From positions 46,624,001-46,688,000 of the forward strand of contig CM060734.1 of NCBI GenBank assembly GCA_030704615.1: 64,000 bases of DNA, in the 5' to 3' direction. How positions within the stretch are numbered: position 1 is the first letter of the stretch; every line of letters starts with the position of its first letter. This document shows, piece after piece, positions 13,751 to 25,993 of the stretch. The notes beneath the pieces were generated by a model. It was not told the DNA's origin. It saw only the letters and a list, made by a program, of their open reading frames with translations, and did not search any database. The translations under genes and the position numbers were made by a program. This DNA is from Takakia lepidozioides (Eukaryota > Plantae > Bryophyta).

Positions 13751-13948
13751 TATCTGCTTTTGTGGACATTACTTCAGGATGCCTGCAGGTACTGGACGGC
13801 TGCACTCTCGAGGCACCGTAGCCAAACACGTGAAGGATCTTACCATTTGCTGAGACCAGCACTAGGCCAACTCACCGCCTCTGAATTTTGTGTGGCCTTG
13901 TCGTAATGAGGATGGTCAGGTGATGGGGCCCACCGTCTCATGAGCATA

Positions 13949-15018
13949 CCATCCCTTATCAACCGTTTAGGCATTTTTGCGCCTAATAATTATTAAAAAC
14001 CAAACAACCTGCTTAGGCACGTTTCGCAAACCATTTCTCACATTAGGCATCTTCATGCTATAAGTTTTTTGAAGGCACATGAGAAGAGGAAACATTTATT
14101 TTCATAAGAATAAAAATAGAAAATAGAAACCCAATGCCATGGCCCCTTTGTCCCATGCCAACAGGCCCAGCTCAAATCTCCTCCAAGCTTGCAGGCTCCT
14201 ACCCTTCATTTTCGTGCAAACCCTAAAAATGCACCTATTTGTTGTACGTGGTGCTCCAAGGCTAATGCTGGTAGAGTACTCACTAAGTCACTAGTGGTAA
14301 GCAAGAACTTACTTGATTTCAATAATGGTACGTGCTAGTACAATGCTCTTGAAATAGTGGTAAGCTGCAAGCTCTCCTTTGCTCACTTTAGTGGAGTTCA
14401 ATATTGATAGTGCTCAATACTGCAGGTACGTTAGTACATGGCTCTTGAAGTAGTGGTAAGCTGCAAGCTTTCCCTTCGCTCTCACACTTTAGTGCTTTAG
14501 TGGAGTTCAATATTAATAGTGCTCAATAATGCAGGTACGTTAGTACATGGCTCTTGAAATAGTGGTAACCTGCAAGCTCTCCCTTCGCTGTCACACTTTA
14601 GTGGAGGTCAATATTGATAGTTCTCCCTTCGCTCTCACACTTTAGTGGAGTTCAATATTGATACTGCTCAATAGTGCAGGTACGCTAGTACATGGCTCTT
14701 GAAATAGTGGTAAGCTGCATTGAAGCTCTACTTTTGCTCTCACACCTTAATGGAGTTCAATAATGATAGTGCTCTTAGATTGGGATTTGTAGGAAGTTGT
14801 TTTCACCGCATATATTTGTATTGATTTTTGTTCATTGAAATTTTCATCTTATTACTAACAACATGAGAAGAGGCTTTGAAAAAAATTTACTGGAATTTTT
14901 AGGCATTAGGCACTTTGGTAATTTCCGTACAATTAGGCCAAAATTTGAAAAATTCCCAAAACACGTTAGGCACTTTCAATTTGAATTAATTATCGCCTAA
15001 ACGGTTGATAAGGGACGG
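13949..15018. mobile_element. Non-autonomous Tc1/mariner-type element with 24-bp TIRs, TA TSD and an internal minisatellite
   Basis: TA|CCATCCCTTATCAACCGTTTAGGC ... GCCTAAACGGTTGATAAGGGACGG|TA. The flanks are contiguous in the paralogous region at about 39335. Confidence 0.9.
14335..14775. repeat. About 100-bp tandem repeat, roughly four copies plus a partial unit
   Basis: Repeated CACTTTAGTGGAGTTCAATATTGATAGTGCTCAATA..GCAGGTACGTTAGTACATGGCTCTTGAAATAGTGGTAAGCTGCAAGCT. Confidence 0.9.
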
Positions 15019-17008
15019 TAGGAGCAAACTACCTTCATGCGTTGAGGATTTAGAATTTTTTTTGGCTCATGAAATTTAAAACTACCTCTATGCAGGTAAT
15101 TTTAGGATTTTCTACATCAAAAAGCAAGCTGAACTACCTGCATGAGAGAAGTTACATACTAAATATAGTCAGCACCAATCAATGGAACCGAGTGGAACCC
15201 AACACTTGCATCACTACAACACTTTCAACCTACCACCAAACCACAACCTCCACCATACCAACTGTTTGTCGTTTTTTTCATATATAAGAGAAACTAAGCC
15301 CTAGTTGCTCCGCAATACTAGCAAGGACAACGATGTCCAGATAGATGGGGTACATTCAAGTTTTAAGATGCTCACACAATAGACAGCAAAACAAAAGCAT
15401 CCAAAAGAGGCATCACAAGAGATTAAATTCGGTCCACTCCACACCAGTGTTGGGCGGATCTAATTTCGGTCCAAACAGCCGGAAATGAGCTATGACAATC
15501 AAAGTAATACTAAAATTTTATTTTATTTTATTTTTAAATACTACTTCCACAATAGAAATTGCAGGAGACAATTGCAGGAACTCGTAAATTAAATTCCTCG
15601 GAACCAGTTGCAGATAAGTATCCGTCAATCCATGCCCGTGAGTTTATAGGTGGGTAACAACGTAACAACATGTGAAATAGAGTGGAAGGTGGCAAGCTGC
15701 AGTCATTCAACGAAGGAATGTGATAGAAAACTCTCAGAACTTGCCACCAATTAGCCAGCTGGAAGCCCAGATAGACCAGGCAGGAGCTCGCACAAGCCCC
15801 TGCTGTTGCAGCAATCTTGGCAACAGGGGAAAGTTTGACCAAGAGATCATTTCAGAGCACTCAAGAAACAAAATGAAAACCTAAATCGCAGCACCATAAG
15901 TAGAGAGAGACAGAGAGAAGCACCATGAGTATACAAACCAAAGTAGGAGGTCAGTTAGAGGAAATGGTTCCCTGTAACCCAAAAAATCGCACCCAAATCC
16001 ACAATGCGCTCTACAAACAATGCCAATACCTAACTCGTAGGTCGTGTAAGCGAAATCATACACATTCATCCAAAAATCGCGACTTCACATGGGCTGGACA
16101 GCTGCCAACATGGAGGAGGCCACATCCATTTGATTAGCAATAAACCATGTACTCAAGAAACAGAAAGAAAACCTAAATCGCAGAACCACGAGTGTGCAAA
16201 CGAAAGTAGGAGGTCGGTTAGAGGAAATGGTTCCCTGTCAGCCAAAAATCGCGAATTGACAGGGCTGGATATCTGCCAACATGGTATCTCTGGTTCAAGA
16301 AATCGCGATCGCTACGCATGCCAACATGCAAGTAGGCACCAAAATCTATAGAAGTAGGATGTCAAGAATCGTAAGTAGCCCTGCAATCCATTCACACCGC
16401 CCTCAATTTGCTCCAGCCCGCGCAATGATCCCCACTCTCTCGAGCCATGAGCTCAGCCACCATCACACCTACACTCTCTCCCACCCAACCCAAGGGTCGA
16501 TATACTTACCACTTGTGACATGGGGGTTAAGATGGACTCACATCTCAGCCGTAATTATGGCTCCATGAAACGGAAGGGCACTACTGGCCTAGTGCTAAAT
16601 GATAAGATCCTTCACGTGTTTGGCTACGCTGCCTCGACAATGTCTGTCTGCAGCCTTTAAGGCTCAGCCAACACTGCAATCATCCTGAGTAATGTCCAGA
16701 AAAGCAGAAAAACGAGTAACACGAGCTCCTCCTATATATAGTCAGTGTATCATCAGCCCGTCGTAAACGCGGCTCTGGAAATTCCAGTGGTCATCATCAT
16801 CGGCATCATCATCTACCGTGGCTCTCTTATGGTACATCAATCATGCACAATCAGCCAGTTGTTGTTTCCCGATGAGCTGTTTGCACTGGATAGCTAGACG
16901 TCTCCAAATTTTGCACCTTCAAGGAGAATCCGTAGTACAAGCTCAAGGCATTGCTCTCACAGAGTCCAGCTGATATCTTAGTTAGTCTTGGATTCAAGGG
17001 CAACAACT

Positions 17009-20000
17009 ATGGGTAGGGAAGGTCTCACATTCCTCAGTCTTTCAATTCCTACAGGCTCAAATAGCCCTTCGTAGTTCAGGTCTATTTGATCTTTCTTTTC
17101 TTCTTCTCTGCACACCGTCTGTCTCCAATTAATTCTTGGCCCAATCAACAATGCAAAAGCTCATAGACTTTAGGCAGATTATCACACAGTGCAAAGTAGA
17201 GCCCACAATGGCTCTTGCCACATTCTTGTCACACGCATAGTGCTCACAATACCTTTCTTCATTCCAGTCATGTACAATTACAGCAACTCACGCCAAACAT
17301 CCGCTCGAGTCCCAGCAATCTAAAACTCCTGGATAGGTACAGTATGAATTCACAACGATGGCACATGGTACTGGAACATATCCAGTCCTCCCAGCCTCCA
17401 CACCATGCACGATTCTCCCCCGTTCCAGCTTTGTTCTTCAATCTCGCGGCACTTTCTCGATGCCCATTTTCTCTATCCTTGTTCATTGCTCATATCTACG
17501 ACTTTTCATACCAGGGAGAGAGAGAGAATCCCTAATCTTTTCTATATCACATCCTATTCACATGTAGCCATGATCACTTAGAGCCTGCCACCTCCTGCTT
17601 CATCACATGACAACCCCATTCTTCTCGCCAGATAGTTGTTAAACCGCCAACCTGTCACAGGTTCGACTTCACAGGGACGTTATAGAAGGACTGCATCCAG
17701 GATGTGGATGGGGCACAGAGAAGTTGTTGTGGGCGATTATGCTACTGTCTATGGCGTGGTGTAGTAGGAAGATACACACTGTGCATGCCGCTCCGATACT
17801 AGGCCCAGACTTGACCAGGTGCAAAACTATAATGGACAACGATCATCCACTAGACTGCTGCTTTCTGCCCCCCAAGAGACCCGAAATCAACTTCCGATTC
17901 AACACGGACTTGCCTATTCGCGTGAGATGATCCACACACGACGTGGATCAGGCGTACATAGAGAGGCTCAATCGAGCATACGAACTGATGAAAGCGCTTC
18001 CAGATGATGACCCCCGATCGTTCCTTCGTCAGTCCAACATTCATTGTGCCTACTGTGCCCTAGTATACAGGCAATCATTCTTAAAACCTCGCCCTGGCAG
18101 TAGTTGATCTCCCTCAATTTATTGAACGCGTTTCAACTTTCTCTGAGTGAGTCCTCTCGACCCCGACAGTCATTTCTAGGTGTTGAGTCCCACTCTTCTA
18201 TAATCCTCTTGTTTGGCGCAATCTCCTGAACAGGTTGATCTTGTGTATAATCGCAGTACAAAGTACGTCATATGGGAAAGGATTTGGAAGTCTACAGAAC
18301 CGTTATCTGTGTTGTATCCTGTTGGCATTCTAGTTTTATCTCCTAAAAATCTCATTTGACAATATCTGGCTGTTTTGTTGAGGGTATGATTTGATTCAAT
18401 TACATGTAGAACATATACTCGTCCTCATAGGCTTTCCTTCTTCGTATCGCGTCTGATTTCTGTCTCACTTGATCACTGATACACATGCGCATGCTACATA
18501 AACAAGACCAGTTCGTCCATGTGATTCAATTTTTTCATGGTTTTCTCTTGGTCAGGACACCCATCACATAGTTGGTGGAATAATCTTCTCCAGATTCTTT
18601 GAATCACATTTATGTTCAGGTTTTAATTTAACATCGAGGTGTTAGCTACAAGGATATACAGAAAATTTAGCTCCAGTAGCTATAACTAGCTCACATGCAT
18701 CAATAAGACTTGTGCTATGCTCCCTCTCCGAAAGATCATTCTACCAGCCACGACTTGTTGCGACTGAAACTTCCAATTGGCTAACACTGGATCCGACTCC
18801 TTGTTAACGCAGGCAAGCGAACTCCACGGCGTTCATTGATGTGCACTTGAATTGGCTGCTCTTGCCCTTCCATTGCTGGTACGTCTACTTTCACGAGCGC
18901 ATACTCGCAAGTCTGTTGGGCGACGACACCTTCGCGCTGCCCATCTGGCAATGGGACAACCAGGCCGACGTCGATCCGCCCTCCAACCAGCTCCCCTCCA
19001 TGTACGTCGGCCGCCGAAACCTCGGGCTATTCCATGAAAAACGCAGCGCGGCCCACCAGCCCTCCGCCATTATCGACCTTTCCTACTGGAAGACCAACGA
19101 CCCGGCGGCCCCACGTTTCTATTGATCGCCCGCTGGTCGTCTGGGCTGGCGACTACACCGGCGTAGTGAGCGCCTCTCCGACCCCGTCCCTGTTTCTTTG
19201 GGTGCCTTACCGCGGCGACGACGACCCTCCCGTTATTATAGGCGCCTTCGAGGCTCGCCCCCATGCCTTTGTGCCCTCTCTGTGCACCTTTGGACAGGTT
19301 CTTCAAACATTTCACTCGTGTACTTGAAAACAATCTTCTAAAACAGTTGATCAGCAAACATCTATGCTAAAGGAGCTTGAATTGTAAGATCTACAAGGCA
19401 AGAGTCTCTGCAGCTTGTACTCTGGAATCCTCTGCTTTTGTGAGGTGGGTCTTTGGCGTCAAATGCATCAAAGTATAAAGGAGAACTGTTGTTTGGAAGG
19501 ATTGTAAGGCGCCCAGGATTCAATTTGTTCCCAGATCTTGACTTTCGAAGTAACCTCTTTCTAGCTTTCCTCGAGCTTTCATGAATGCAGTGACGGTGGT
19601 CATAGGTAAGAGAATGTATAATGTAAGCGGTTGTAGGAGAGTGTTGTGGCGATTTATTCGATTTCTGTGTAAATGTGGGGGCAGGAGATGAGAGGAACGA
19701 ACAACATGAGTACATGAGCCCACTCGTTTCTGCAGCAAGAGATCCCGTTTTCTATGCACATCACGCCAATGTGGACCGTTTGTGGGAGCTCTGGACGACA
19801 CTGCCAGGAGGTCAACATGGCGACCTTACTGACCCGGACTGGCTCAATTCGGAGTTTGTGTTCTATGATGAAAACGCTGATCTTGTTCGTGTTACGGTTG
19901 GTTTACCTATCTCGCCTTCCCTCTCTAGAACCGTTACCACCAGTACTGGTTAATACGTGCATCTACATTTACATAGTACGAACAACTTTGGTCTAAATTT

Positions 20001-20717
20001 GAAGTTCAAGTAACAGTGAAGACATTTGCTGATTTGTACAGGAAGCGGAGTCTCTTGATATGGAAAAATTGCGCTACAAGTACGAAGAGGTAGAGAATGA
20101 CTGGCTCTGGTTCAATTCTACCCGTCTGAGCACCAAGCCAGCTCCAGTTTCAGTCTCCGGATTGTGCTCCAGAGTTCTTGGAGCAACTCATGAGGGGCAT
20201 AGCCAAGCTTGCAAGGTTCATCGTGCCTTCATGGCAGACAGAGCGAACACGGCAGAGTTGTGATTTGATTGCCACACGAGGACCAGAAATGTTGCATGTT
20301 AGAAACAATACTCTTACTGGTGCAGTTTTCTAGGCTCACATATCAAGGCCAATGCCCATTATCATCCAAACCAGGGAGCCTGAAGCTTTTGAATTGCAAC
20401 AAGAGGACCAAGGATATCAAGAAGAGGTCCTGGCCATTGAAGGTATACCATCAGATAAACCAGTAGGATTTGTCTTATTTTTTAATTTGTCGGAGGCAAA
20501 TGAGCATACACCCTGGAGTTGTACAGAATATGCAGGGGCTTTCTATACACAATCCCTAGAGCAGACTCCTAGCCGTGCTCATTCCTTCAGGGTAGGTATC
20601 AGCTCAAAGCTGAAGCAGCTTGGCCTTGAGAAGGAGCCTAACATTCTGGTCAGTCGAAGCAAGGATAGGGATGATACCATCATCATCCAATCCATCTGGA
20701 TAGAGCTAGCCCAATAA
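17009..20717 (+). pseudogene. PPO: Polyphenol oxidase copy 2 (pseudogene), inverted relative to the other copies
   Basis: The ORF from ATG 17009 is interrupted after GAAGG by a 662-bp insertion. It also has CGA>TGA at 17928, a 40-bp inversion in exon 2 and a frameshift in exon 4. HCAYC, VHLNW and [16 protein letters not shown] are recognisable. Confidence 0.9.
17023..17684 (-). mobile_element. Probable solo LTR inserted in PPO2 exon 1
   Basis: Perfect 5-bp TSD GAAGG (17018-22 and 17685-89). The minus-strand ends TATAACG...TGTGAGA resemble decayed TGTAACG...TGTGACA LTR termini. Confidence 0.75.
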
Positions 20718-21479
20718 CATCACCAAAACTGCTGAAGATGATAAGAGTAGGCCTATTGTTTCCCACAACTTTGCAATAAGGTTCTTCAAGACTTCACTAC
20801 TGCTGCTCAAAGAGAGGGAATGATGGCACTACTTCAAGGCTGTAATCACTCTGCACTGAAGTGATGGCACTGGTTGCTAAACTATTTGCAACGACAGAGA
20901 ACCAGGGAGGTCTCAAAGGCCTTTGTCAAATGAGCCTCGCAGACGAAGCCCCTTCAGTTTAGAACCATCAATAGCAATCAAACTCAAAAACTGTTTTTCT
21001 TCTCCAAACATTCCTGACTACGGAATAAGTGACCAATAAACAATGTCTTTTCGGTTCATAGAGCCCACCTCTGCAAGGAAGCAAGGCTATTACTTACGCT
21101 GGCGTCCTTTCCACTTCATATACCCCTTCTTGATGGGGATTTGAGATGCCTGTGTGTGCCTATCTTTTCTCCCACTGAGCCTGCAGTGTTTTGTTTTTTA
21201 CTTTTCCAATGTCGCAGGCAGGGCCACATGCAAATTCTACCCAGAGGTAGGAAAGTGGCTATATTACAGGTGTCATATTTTAACATGTCCACGTAAGCAA
21301 ATCTAGCTCCGGATATTTGACCATTAGCGCCTTCTGGCGATTTTTTCATTTCTACTCCCCTAATTCCTTAGTAAAAGTAGCTAAAAAACACGAGGGGGAT
21401 GGGCTAGAACGCTCCGAAGATTGCGGTGAGGGGGAAAAGGACTTAGCCGTTCCGTCATTGGACGTTGTTCTCCGCCATC

Positions 21480-22445
21480 GCTACTTTTCCTCATCTTCGG
21501 CCCACATGGCTACATGCAGGGAGAAGGGATATGAAAGTGATATCCTCCGACTTCAAGCCTTCCTCTTGCATTTGTGTGAATAATTGCAAGGCCTCTCTAC
21601 CACACCCATGTTGAGCATACCCTCCAGTCATCACATCCCATGAGACAACATTTTGATCAGCCATATTGTTGAACACTTTGCACGCATTCTACATACTCCC
21701 GCATTTGGAATACATATCAGCAAGGGCAGTCTCCAGAATGATATCTGGTGTGATTCCAGCTTTCATCATGTCAGCATGGATCTCTTTGCCCTTTTCCAGG
21801 GCTCCTATGCTTGCATACCCATTAAGAACACCAAGGATGGTGACCTTGATGGGCATCACTCCCTCCCAATGCATCTGTTCATACATTTCAAAAGCTTCCC
21901 TAACACCCCCATGTTGAACATATCTTGTGATCATCGCATTCCAGGAGACCACATCTCGTTTAGCCATTCTGTCAAACACTAAGAACGCATCATTCATACT
22001 CCCACATTTGGCATACATGTCAACTAGAGTAGTCTCCAGAATGATATCTCGGGCAATCACAGCTTGGGTGATTTCAACATGGACCTCTTTGCCCTTTTCC
22101 AGGGCTACTTGGCTGGCACATGCATTGAGAATACAAATAGACGTGATCCTGTTGGGTGTCATCCTGTCTAATTGCATTTGCTTATAAATCTCCCAAGCTT
22201 CCATTCCACACCCATGCTTAGCATATCCTATGATCATTATAGTCCAGCTAAACATATCCCCGTTCAAGCATTTGTCGAACACTTAGCGTGCATCAACTAG
22301 GCTCCCACACTTGGCATACATGTTGACAAGGATGTTGAGCAGGAAGATGTTTGGCTTGAATCCGCTTTGGATAATGTGGGTATGCACTTGATTTCCCTCT
22401 GCTAGGCTTTTCATTTTGACACAATCCGGTAACAAGCACATAAGT
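21480..22445 (-). pseudogene. PLS-class PPR pseudogene fragment
   Basis: P-L-S motifs (VVSWNAMI, LNACAS..ALEKGKEVH, LVDMYAKCGS) with in-frame stops at about 22283 and 21689. Truncated after ACSHVG. Confidence 0.85.
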
Positions 22446-22760
22446 ATTGCAGCCTAGGTGCACATTTCATGGCCTTGCCGCACCTCTTAGCTCATGTTCC
22501 AGCCCTGCTCTTGTCATGGCAAGAGCCTTCTCAATGCTGAAGCTCGAGATTGAAACCCAATCTCAACATACTCCTCAAAGTGCACTGATTTGCCCCAAGC
22601 CAAATCAGCCTTTTCGCTTGGTCTTGCAATCCTTCATACAATGAAAGCTCGCATTCCCAAGGCCAGTTCTTAGCTTTGCCACCAAAGCCACTATAACCTG
22701 CTCTTGACTGATCCTCTTTCCAATCGTGCTTGCTCATGCATGTACACAATCTGAAACCAT

Positions 22761-24534
22761 TGTCATGGTTTTAGTCATGATTATCTAGAATTACCTACTT
22801 ATAGTTAACTATGATATTTTAGATATTTATATTTATATTTTGTGTGTTGGGACTTCATTGGGTCTCACATGCCAAGTGAGGTGTCGAGCCTCACTTGGGT
22901 CATGGGGATAGGTTCTCCCCCTGTGAGGATAGAGGAGGCTCATCTTCTTGTAGTTGGGCCTCCATGAGCTTCTCTCACCTCCATAGCTCTAGGTATTGAG
23001 AGGGAGTGTGTTGAGGGCTTTGTAGGGTGGATTCCCTTAGCAAGGGTGCCCTTGGCTTGACTTAGTTTATGTGATAGAGTGGATTTCACTTGGAAGGACT
23101 AGGGCTTGTTCTTAGTGTGATTGCTTAATGCTTTGAGAGTTTTCATTGTCTTCCACTTCTCTCATTTTTCTCTCATTTCTCATCTTTTATCACTACAAGA
23201 AGATCGCCTTATGCTTGTGAGTGCGGAGTGTAAGGATTAGTTTTGCACTTGTATGTTAAAGAGGTTGAGAGCTAGGAGAATTTAGCTCTTGTATCACAAG
23301 GCTTGCAAGGGGTTGCAAAGAAGGGTGCTCGGGTGTTGCATGCACCAAGGAATTGGAGAGCTTGAGAATTGAGTCACAAGATTTTGCGAGGATTGCAAGG
23401 ATGAAGTCTTGTGTATGCACTACAGGAAAAGTGGGGGGGGGGGGGGGGTTTTCGACGCCGTAGCCACGTCGCGGCGTCGTAAAACAGCCTTTTTTCGGGA
23501 GGGGGGAAGAACCAAATTTGCGACGTCCGGATGTCGCAAGGGCGTCGCCAAAAAAAAGTCGTAAATTTGCGACCAATAAGGGTCGCAAATAGGCGAAACC
23601 GCGATTTGCGACGCCCGGACGTTAAAAAATTATTATTAAAAATTTATTTATTTAAAAATATTATATTTTAATTTTTAATTTTAATTAAAAAAAAAAAACC
23701 AACCTACTCTACAATGCAGAATTAGTATTGTCTGGGGTCGCAAAGTGCGACGCCCGGACGTCACAATTTAAGGGGGTACATTTGAATTTCAAAAATTTGT
23801 TGACCATTGGCTCCGGCGTTGACCATTGACTCCGCTTCTGTCTATATCGTCCATTATTCTACATATATACTTGAACCTAAGACCTCCACGTTATAACATT
23901 TCTAAGACACTACAAACTAACCAACAACCTACGTTATATCTATGTATCACAAAAGCAATATATATATATATATACACATAAAGATTTCTTTCAAGTTCCT
24001 TCAAGTTCCTTCTAAGGGGTTCTCTCTTGTGACATCGGGGAGTTGCAACCTCCATATCCTTACTGCCTAGCCCCAGCCCTAGCGTCGTCGTCGTTGTTGC
24101 ACCCCCCCCACCCGCCAGGCGCCCCAAACGACGTCTTTATGATGACCTAAGCTGACCACAATACTATTGCGACCAACGGTAGCGACGCCTTTGCGACCCC
24201 CTGGCGTCGCAACGTTGGGCGTCCTAACGCTCTCTTTGCTTGTTCCGGTCCTTTGGCCTCGGCATGTGTAACAACTACCTATGCGTGATCCTTGAAGGTC
24301 GATGCGGGTTCCCATGTATAGAGGAGCATGCTGTTGGAATTTGGAATCATCTTGTATCGGGGTTGCAAGTACACGGACCAAAACATATCTTTCTTTACTC
24401 ACTGGCGGGGATAGCAACATCTTCCCGCCTTGCCCCGCCCACTCCATACCCAAGGCCCTGTCTTCTCGTCTTTTTGGGTCGATGGTTGGTTTAATCCTCC
24501 ATGGGTGGAAGAAAAACTACCTGCTTTCATGACA
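22761..24534. mobile_element. Probable solo LTR carrying a nested CACTA remnant
   Basis: Inverted termini TGTCATG...CATGACA. The flanking 5-mers (ACCAT / CAAGG) do not match. Confidence 0.55.
23418..24243. mobile_element. Non-autonomous CACTA (En/Spm) element
   Basis: Starts CACTACAGGAAAAG and has dense GCGAC/GTCGC subterminal repeats at both ends. The right end CTTTGCTTGT lacks the terminal AGTG. Confidence 0.75.
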
Positions 24535-24584
24535 CAAGGTGGTCAAGGATAATCTAGTAAGGGCATGTCGTTCTGAACACTGCC

Positions 24585-25220
24585 TTGACGAAAATGTATG
24601 TCAAATGTGGAGGATGCGAAGGGAGTCTTTGTCAATACTGCTACACAAGATGTGGTGTCCTGGAGTGCTATCATTGCAGGATGATGGGACTTTGGAGACG
24701 TATGAGCAAATGATGCGGGAAGGGGTGCCGGACAGGGTCACATTCGTTTGCATTTGCAATGCGTGTGCGGGCCTGGCAGCCCTGGAAAGGGCAAAGAGGT
24801 CCATGGTGACATTGTCAAAGCTGGAATTATACCAGATGTCATTCTGAACACTGCCTTGGTCGACATGTATATCAAATGTGGGAGCATTGAAGATAATCCT
24901 TAGTTGTCTCAAATGAAAGCTAACAATCAGCAAAGAGAGTGTTCGACAATGTGCCCGACTGAGATGTGTTGTCCTGGAACGGATGATCGCATGATATGCC
25001 TAGTATGGTTGTCGTATGGAGGCCCTGCTAGTTTTAAGGAATGCAAATGGAATGCTTGACGCTGACAATATCACCTTTAAATTTTGTTCTCTCTGCATGT
25101 AGCCACGTTGGCCTACTGGATGAAGGAAGACGCTTGATTCCCTGAGTCAAGATCATGGTGTCACTCTGAGAGTAAAGCACTTTGGCTGCATGGTGGACCT
25201 TCTTGGACGTGCAGGGCGAT
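24585..25220 (+). pseudogene. Degenerate PLS-PPR fragment
   Basis: LETYEQMMREGV..VTFVCICNACAGLAALE, DMYIKCGS, LSACSHVGLLDEG and CMVDLLGRAG remnants with many indels. Confidence 0.8.
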
Positions 25221-25360
25221 TGGATGGATAACAGGGTTGGGGTGTTTGCTAACAAATCTCTATTTTTGTCAGCTGCTAGCAGCAAGGTGAGGATATAGGG
25301 ATACATGATTGGTTCGGAGGCAGGGATAGCTGAAAGAGCAGGGATAGAGTGTGGGTCCAG

Positions 25361-25444
25361 ATTCATCCAGGAGGCCAGACTTCAAGCACAAAAATCAACA
25401 TGGAGTTCTTCACTTCACAATGGTGGGACACTGGCCTTGACAAG
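25361..25444 (+). pseudogene. PDF-motif exon remnant
   Basis: After an AG acceptor: IHP..PDFKHK, then a frameshift, then EFFTSQWWDTGLDK|GTGAGT. The upstream intron is similar to 56390-56490. Confidence 0.65.
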
Positions 25445-25993
25445 GTGAGTTTTCTTTGTGTAGGATGAGAAAGGGATTTGACTAAACTCTGGTATGATTG
25501 TATTGGGTGGACTGGATTGTGCAGTTGTTGAGTGAAGTCAGAATCTCACTTTGCCCTGCAAAACTGCTTTTACTGTCCATATCCAGGTTGTTCTTCCTGA
25601 GCGGATGTGCATGGTCTTTTCCCTGGAGTTTGCAAGTTACTTGGGAGGGTTGAGACCGTGGTTGCTCTGCTACTCCCTGGTCGTTCTCATAGAGCGCTCC
25701 AAAATTTCTAAAGTACATACATAAGCAGTATAGCATATGTGCAGAAAAATTCAGCTTATAATGCAAGTCATATCATGCCTAAAAGATTGTCACTGGACTT
25801 TCTAGTAATACATGCTAATATAACACTTGAGACAAATATGAAGGTCAATTGTTTGATTCAGATTGTCATGAATACTTTACAATGCAGAGAGGTTTTGAGA
25901 GTAAAATGGTGTCCATTATCATTTCCTGTAGTCTTCCTTTTACTGCGCCTCATCATCACTCAACCTCCAAATAATACTGGACCCCGACACTTC

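Noticed and set aside
14335-14775. Tandem repeats as a CRISPR-like array
   Set aside because: The units are contiguous with no unique spacers and lie inside a TIR element in a eukaryotic genome, so this is a minisatellite.
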